Source: Dehalococcoidia bacterium | GTDB lineage: Bacteria > Chloroflexota > Dehalococcoidia > Lucifugimonadales > UBA3495 | Assembly: GCA_027249445.1 (NCBI GenBank) | Contig: JAPNTN010000099.1 | Span: forward strand, 1-38,256 | Length of the DNA: 38,256 bases | Direction of reading: 5' to 3' | Shown: positions 33,727 through 38,256 of the stretch, piece by piece | Position numbering within the stretch: position 1 is the first letter of the stretch | Layout of the letters: every line of letters begins with the position of its first letter | Notes under the pieces: generated by a model | The model's input: the letters and a program-made list of their open reading frames with translations, nothing else | Databases searched by the model: none | What the model was told of the DNA's origin: nothing | Position numbers and translations under genes: made by a program

Positions 33727-36312
33727 TTAACTCAGCCAGAAAGTTGATCCTGTAGCAGATTTTTGGACTTCTATCCTGACAGGAAACATATCTTTAAGAT
33801 CTTCGAGATGTGTTATGACTATGATTTTATCAAAGTCGTCTTGAATAGAACTAATCGCATCGAGAATACGTTCTCTACTAGCGGCATCCTGCGTCCCGAA
33901 GCCCTCATCTATGAATAGTGTTGGTAGCGGGGCTCCAGTTCGTTGTGCTAAAACCTTGGATAAAGCAATCCTTATTGCGAGATTGATTCTGAACGCTTCT
34001 CCGCCGCTGTACATTTCGTAGCTACGTGATCCTAGCTCGTCACTCACATTGATTTCTAGGGTTTCTATCGGCTCTCCGTTTCCAGACCTTCGTTCTTTTT
34101 GAGTTTCTAATTTAACGTGCATTCGATTATCTGTCATACGACCTAGTAACGAATTAGTTTCCTCTTCGAGCCGTGGGACTACCGTTTCGATCAGCATGGC
34201 TTGTATCCCTTCACGACCGAAAATTGTCGATAGCTCTCTGAATATACCTTGTGATCCTTCAACTTCTGATAGTTTTGTCGTGGTTGATTCAAGTTGCTCA
34301 GAAATTCGTATCTTATCTGCCAATTTGTTTTCTAATAGTGCTTTCTTTGTTGCTGTAGTTTGATGAGCTGATTCGATGTCGTTCATTTCTAAGGTAAGCT
34401 GATTTAATTTGGATTGTTTTTCAGGGAGTCCTTCTAGGGCTATAGAGCCATTGGATAGTCTTTCTCGGCGATTAGTTATGTCGGTCTGACGAGATGCCAA
34501 GCTTTCTTCTAGATTTGCTAGAAGTTGTTCGTCTTGTGTGATCTGATTTTTTGCTTGGTCCAATCTAGCTGATGCAGGCTCTGCGTATTGGAGTTCCTGG
34601 ATTTGTTTGATTAGTATTTCTCGTGAATCGTGGTCATACATCAGATTTTCTAATTGGGTGTTCAAATCTGATATCTGTGTTTCTTCCCCTTGAGCAAAAG
34701 TTTTGAGAGCCAGCGATTGCTCCATTTTTGATAGTTCTAATTCATTGGTATTGAGGTCTTGTTGTGCTTTTACGGATTCTGCTATCCGTAGCTCAATCTC
34801 TGCTCGGTTCGTTTGGAGGGAGTTCTGCTCTTTTCTAATAGTTTGTTCAGAATTGGATATTTCATTGCTGAGAGAAGTTTTTTCGGCTTCGGCTACGTTT
34901 ATAGATTCTAAGATCTCTCTGTAAGCTTGTCTGCGCTCTCTGATGTCTTTGTCATACGATTCTTTAATCCTTCGGTGACCTTCTTCTCCAATACTAGTCT
35001 GACAAAGTGGGCATAAGGTTTCACTGGTACTGGATGATCCTATTAATAGTAGTTTTTGTCTAATATCCTCGCCTTCGGATTTTTGCCTCTCCGCTTCACT
35101 GTTCAAATCAGCGGTACGTAAAAGTAGCTTTTCGTATTTTTGTTTGGTTTCATTGAGACTTTCTTGGCTCTTTTCAATTTCAGTTGATAAAGCAACTATG
35201 TCCGACTGTTTTTGCAATAGGGCACTGTGTGATGTGGCAATAGGTTTTAGATTGTTTTCAATAATAGAACGTGTCTGGTTAATTTGGGTAGATAAAATTT
35301 GTTCTTTATGTTGGACATTTTGGTAAATCAGGTCTCTCTGGTGGGTTATCGAATCGTGAATCTGTTTTGTTTTGTCTAATTGTTCTATTTGCGATTTGTA
35401 TTCTTTTAATTGATTTATGGCTGATTCAATTTCAGCGGATGTCGCAATGGTATTTCTCCATTCTTCGACACGTACTGAAATTGTAGTTATTTGTGAGGTT
35501 ATATGTTCAAGTTCCTGAGTATAGCGTGAAATATCTCCCTCAAGCTCTATCTGTTGTTTTTGTAATCCCAATAAATCGTTGACCTGTTGGCGGAAATCAT
35601 CTAGTTGTTTCGTTTTTTCTGATGAGGTTGTTTGTAGATCTAATAATTCAGCAGTGACATCGGCTAAATCCTCTTTAGGATCTCCTATGTCGTTCAATTG
35701 TTGTTGGAGCGTTTCTATCATGCCTTGTGAGTATGATATTTCCGATTCAGACTCGCGTATCTTCCCGCGAGCTCGTTTTTGAAGTTCCTCGTAGATTTGC
35801 AGGCCAAGAATATCAGCTAATAAGTTCTTACGTTCTCCAGGAGTTTTACTTGTAAATTCGTCAGATCTACCTTGCATTAAAAAAGCGGAGTTTATGAAGG
35901 TTTCGTACTCCATGCCTACTATCTGGTTAATCTTGGTTTGGGTTTCTCGGATAGTATTAGCAGAGATCGTTAAGGCTTGATCGGAATCTAATATTTGCAG
36001 TTGCAAGTCAGAAGCACCACTACGTGATCGGCCTCGGCTTCTGGTGTGACTACGAATGACTCGGTACTGGAGATCTCGGGATAGAAATTCGAATTCTACT
36101 CTACATTCATCGGAACCATATGATATAAGTTCATCTTGGGTTTTTCCGCGTGCGGTTCCCCACAGAGCCCATGTGATGGAATCGAGTAGAGCTGATTTGC
36201 CATGCCCATTGTCACCGCAAAGGCACGCCACGTGTATGCCGTCGAAATCTAGGGTTGGTACGTCTTCGCGGTAGCACAAGAAGTTTCTTACATTTAGTCG
36301 TTTTGGTATCAA
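33727..36312 (-). CDS. SbcC/Rad50-family coiled-coil ABC ATPase (no adjacent SbcD)
   Basis: 861-aa ORF, TTG start. Walker A GDNGHGKSALLDSI. Long heptad-rich coiled coil with a central CPLC zinc hook (35002-35013). Signature YSGGEAFR, Walker B LFIDEGFG and ITHLEDL at the C-terminus. Confidence 0.88.
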   Translation of the reverse strand: MIPKRLNVRNFLCYREDVPTLDFDGIHVACLCGDNGHGKSALLDSITWALWGTARGKTQDELISYGSDECRVEFEFLSRDLQYRVIRSHTRSRGRSRSGASDLQLQILDSDQALTISANTIRETQTKINQIVGMEYETFINSAFLMQGRSDEFTSKTPGERKNLLADILGLQIYEELQKRARGKIRESESEISYSQGMIETLQQQLNDIGDPKEDLADVTAELLDLQTTSSEKTKQLDDFRQQVNDLLGLQKQQIELEGDISRYTQELEHITSQITTISVRVEEWRNTIATSAEIESAINQLKEYKSQIEQLDKTKQIHDSITHQRDLIYQNVQHKEQILSTQINQTRSIIENNLKPIATSHSALLQKQSDIVALSTEIEKSQESLNETKQKYEKLLLRTADLNSEAERQKSEGEDIRQKLLLIGSSSTSETLCPLCQTSIGEEGHRRIKESYDKDIRERRQAYREILESINVAEAEKTSLSNEISNSEQTIRKEQNSLQTNRAEIELRIAESVKAQQDLNTNELELSKMEQSLALKTFAQGEETQISDLNTQLENLMYDHDSREILIKQIQELQYAEPASARLDQAKNQITQDEQLLANLEESLASRQTDITNRRERLSNGSIALEGLPEKQSKLNQLTLEMNDIESAHQTTATKKALLENKLADKIRISEQLESTTTKLSEVEGSQGIFRELSTIFGREGIQAMLIETVVPRLEEETNSLLGRMTDNRMHVKLETQKERRSGNGEPIETLEINVSDELGSRSYEMYSGGEAFRINLAIRIALSKVLAQRTGAPLPTLFIDEGFGTQDAASRERILDAISSIQDDFDKIIVITHLEDLKDMFPVRIEVQKSATGSTFWLS

Positions 36313-36350
36313 TTTAATGAATAATCCCTAAGGTTTGTTAACATAACAAC

Positions 36351-36380
36351 ATTATCAAATAAGAGCAATGATAATCGCAA
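36351..36380 (-). promoter_or_regulatory. Candidate promoter for the SbcC-like gene
   Basis: On the minus strand, TTGCGA (36375-36380), 18 nt, then GATAAT (36351-36356). Motif match only, in an AT-rich divergent region. Confidence 0.3.
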
Positions 36381-36490
36381 GATGCTATTATCATATATGA
36401 AATATACAGATTCATATAAATAACGGATCATCTGATTTTGGGTATGCAGTTGCAGATAATATTTGATTCGGGTATGACGATGGGGATGAA

Positions 36491-37822
36491 ATGTTTGACA
36501 CTCTTAGTGAAAAGCTTACAGGGATATTCAATTCTTTATCTAGTCGAGGCAGGATTACTGAGAAGGACATAGATGAAGCCCTTAGCCAAGTACGGCGCTC
36601 ACTATTGGAAGCCGATGTAAACTTTCGTGTCGCAAGAGATTTTGTAGCCGCTATCAAAGAAAAAGCTTTGAATTCCGATGTCTTGACCAGTCTGACTCCA
36701 GGACAGCAAGTAATAAAAATAGTGCATGAGGAACTCACTGGTATATTAACTAGCGGGGATCACAATTTGACTCCCTCGAGTCAGTTGCCTTCTGTATTGA
36801 TGCTAGTTGGTCTACAGGGAGCGGGGAAGACTACTACTGCAGCTAAGCTCGCCTTGCATATGCGTAAACAAGGTCATAGCTGCCTGTTGGTCGCGGCCGA
36901 TCTGAAGCGGCCTGCTGCTATAGAACAATTACATTCCCTAGGCAGACAATTGGATGTGACGGTCTATTCAGAAGATCCAGCAAATTCTACTCCATTGAAA
37001 GTTGCCCTTGCAGGTGTGAAACAAGCTGCTCAAAATGGCAATACTTGGGTTATTGTCGACACGGGTGGTCGCATACAAATCGACGATGAGCTTATGCAGG
37101 AATTGACCGACATCCGGGATGCCATAAACCCTCATCAGACTTTATTTGTATTGGATGCTATGACTGGTCAAGAAGCTGTGAACGCTGCTAAAGAGTTTCA
37201 TGATCGCGTTCAGCTGTCCGGATTGATCATGACCAAATTGGATGGCGATGCCCGTGGCGGGGCTGCGTTATCAGCGACTCAAGTAACCGGAGTGCCTATA
37301 AAATTTGTCGGTGTTAGTGAACGACCTGATGGATTAGAAGCTTTCCACCCGGATCGCGTGGCCTCACGCATTCTGGGCATGGGTGATGTGCTAAGTCTTA
37401 TAGAAAAAGCTCAGCAGACTGTTGATGAAGATCAAGTAAAAGTTATGGAGAAAAAGCTGCGTCAGGCAACTTTTGATCTGGATGATTTCTTGCAACAGAT
37501 TCAGAATGTGAAGAAGATGGGGTCATTATCTCAGATTATGGATATGCTCCCCGGCATGGGCCAGATGGGTAAGAAAATGCAGGGTAATTTCGACGACTCC
37601 CAGATGAAAAAGATTGAGGCGATAATACAATCGATGACGTCGGAAGAAAGGCATCACCCTGAATTGATTAATGGTAGCAGGCGTAGAAGAATTGCAATCG
37701 GCAGCGGAACAACAGCTCAAGACATAAATTTATTGCTGAATCAATTCAAACAAACTCAGAAAATAATGCGGCGCTTTGCTAAAAACAAGAACCCTAGGGC
37801 TTTAATGAATATGTTTAAGTAG
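36491..37822 (+). CDS. ffh: Signal recognition particle protein Ffh
   Basis: 443-aa ORF starting MFDTLSEKLTGIFNSL. NG domain with GLQGAGKTTTAAKLA, DTGGR and TKLDGDARGG. Met-rich M domain at the C-terminus. Confidence 0.97.
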   Translation: MFDTLSEKLTGIFNSLSSRGRITEKDIDEALSQVRRSLLEADVNFRVARDFVAAIKEKALNSDVLTSLTPGQQVIKIVHEELTGILTSGDHNLTPSSQLPSVLMLVGLQGAGKTTTAAKLALHMRKQGHSCLLVAADLKRPAAIEQLHSLGRQLDVTVYSEDPANSTPLKVALAGVKQAAQNGNTWVIVDTGGRIQIDDELMQELTDIRDAINPHQTLFVLDAMTGQEAVNAAKEFHDRVQLSGLIMTKLDGDARGGAALSATQVTGVPIKFVGVSERPDGLEAFHPDRVASRILGMGDVLSLIEKAQQTVDEDQVKVMEKKLRQATFDLDDFLQQIQNVKKMGSLSQIMDMLPGMGQMGKKMQGNFDDSQMKKIEAIIQSMTSEERHHPELINGSRRRRIAIGSGTTAQDINLLLNQFKQTQKIMRRFAKNKNPRALMNMFK

Positions 37823-37848
37823 TGTTCAGAATAATACGTGTGACTGAG

Positions 37849-38256
37849 CTAAACCAAAGACTTTCTTATAGCTCCAAAAAGATATGTTGTTGCGTAAGTA
37901 CGCCACGGTGACCATGTCCTAGCAAAGTTCTTTATTACTTCTTCTGTTTGTAGTTTGCCGTCAAAATATTGATTAGATATTATTTTACGAAGCGCTAGGT
38001 CTCCACTGGGGAATGAATCTAATGAGCCCTTTCCATTAGATAAAGCCCAATGAGCGGTCCATTCACCAACTCCTCGGATTGTCATGTAATGTTTTATTAT
38101 CTCGTCGTCGTTAAGATGGGGCTCTGGATTCAGTATTGAATCATTATCAAGAGCTAATTGTGCTATTCCAATTAGATATTCAGCCTTGCGACGGCTAAGT
38201 TTCAATTTCATTAAACTCTCTATATTTGTACCTGTTATGGTTTCTGGTGTTGGAAA
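37849..38256 (-). CDS. HhH-GPD DNA glycosylase (AlkA / 3-methyladenine glycosylase II-like), N-terminus outside the window
   Basis: The frame stays open to the window edge (FPTPETITGTNIESLMKLKLSRRKAEYLIGIAQ...). HhH motif IRGVGEWTAHW followed by SFPSGDLALRK (catalytic Asp context). Confidence 0.8.
   Translation of the reverse strand, partial: FPTPETITGTNIESLMKLKLSRRKAEYLIGIAQLALDNDSILNPEPHLNDDEIIKHYMTIRGVGEWTAHWALSNGKGSLDSFPSGDLALRKIISNQYFDGKLQTEEVIKNFARTWSPWRTYATTYLFGAIRKSLV

Noticed and set aside
33679-36312. SbcC-like ATPase plus downstream hydrolase considered as a two-gene defence module.
   Set aside because: The hydrolase is an exported lipoprotein with its own TATAAT and SD, which is incompatible with an intracellular effector role. 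No nuclease, helicase or other typical defence partner is adjacent. Kept only as an orphan-SbcC observation.
36412-36738. 108-aa minus-strand ORF overlapping the ffh 5' end.
   Set aside because: It is antisense to the strongly conserved Ffh N domain, so it is a shadow ORF.
1-38256. Window-wide scan for CRISPR repeats, IS or transposase genes, integrases, tRNA/rRNA genes, long direct repeats, and toxin-antitoxin pairs.
   Set aside because: By eye I found no regularly spaced repeats, no transposase/integrase-like ORFs, no cloverleaf-like sequences in the intergenic regions and no small paired ORFs. I cannot exclude short or degenerate elements without computational scanning.

Overview
Core-genome segment of a moderately low-GC bacterium. 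I saw no IS elements, CRISPR arrays, tRNA or rRNA genes. A Chloroflexota-like origin is only a weak guess from gene order and cannot be confirmed without a database search.

Layout:
(1) 1-16474, minus strand: one tightly packed, translationally coupled str-S10-spc-alpha ribosomal superoperon. Gene order is rpsL-rpsG-fusA-rpsJ-rplCDWB-rpsS-rplV-rpsC-rplP-rpmC-rpsQ-rplNXE-rpsN-rpsH-rplFR-rpsE-rpmD-rplO-secY-adk-map-infA-rpmJ-rpsM-rpsK'. There is no tuf between fusA and rpsJ. Several r-proteins carry charged low-complexity extensions.
(2) 16552-21378, plus strand: a promoter, a textbook TPP riboswitch and an intrinsic terminator gate a six-gene thiamin-pyrimidine salvage operon (thiZ-thiX-thiY, a GYD-domain gene, tenA, thiD).
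(3) 21405-25449, minus strand: a signal-peptide-less DUF1800-DUF1501-NHL-orphan operon.
(4) 25767-29717, plus strand: ileS (long, type-2-like) and mutM.
(5) 29886-31967, plus strand: a monocistronic 693-aa three-domain fusion (DapA-like aldolase, MfnB-like furan synthase, TusA-like domain).
(6) 32050-36312, minus strand: a serine-hydrolase lipoprotein and an SbcC/Rad50-like ATPase with no adjacent sbcD.
(7) ffh, then a truncated HhH-GPD glycosylase at the window edge.

The candidates I consider most worth follow-up are the GYD gene embedded in the riboswitch-controlled thiamin salvage operon, the tri-domain aldolase/MfnB/TusA fusion, the leaderless DUF1800/DUF1501/NHL cluster and the orphan SbcC-like ATPase.

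All family assignments come from reading motifs in the translations by eye. No search was run.
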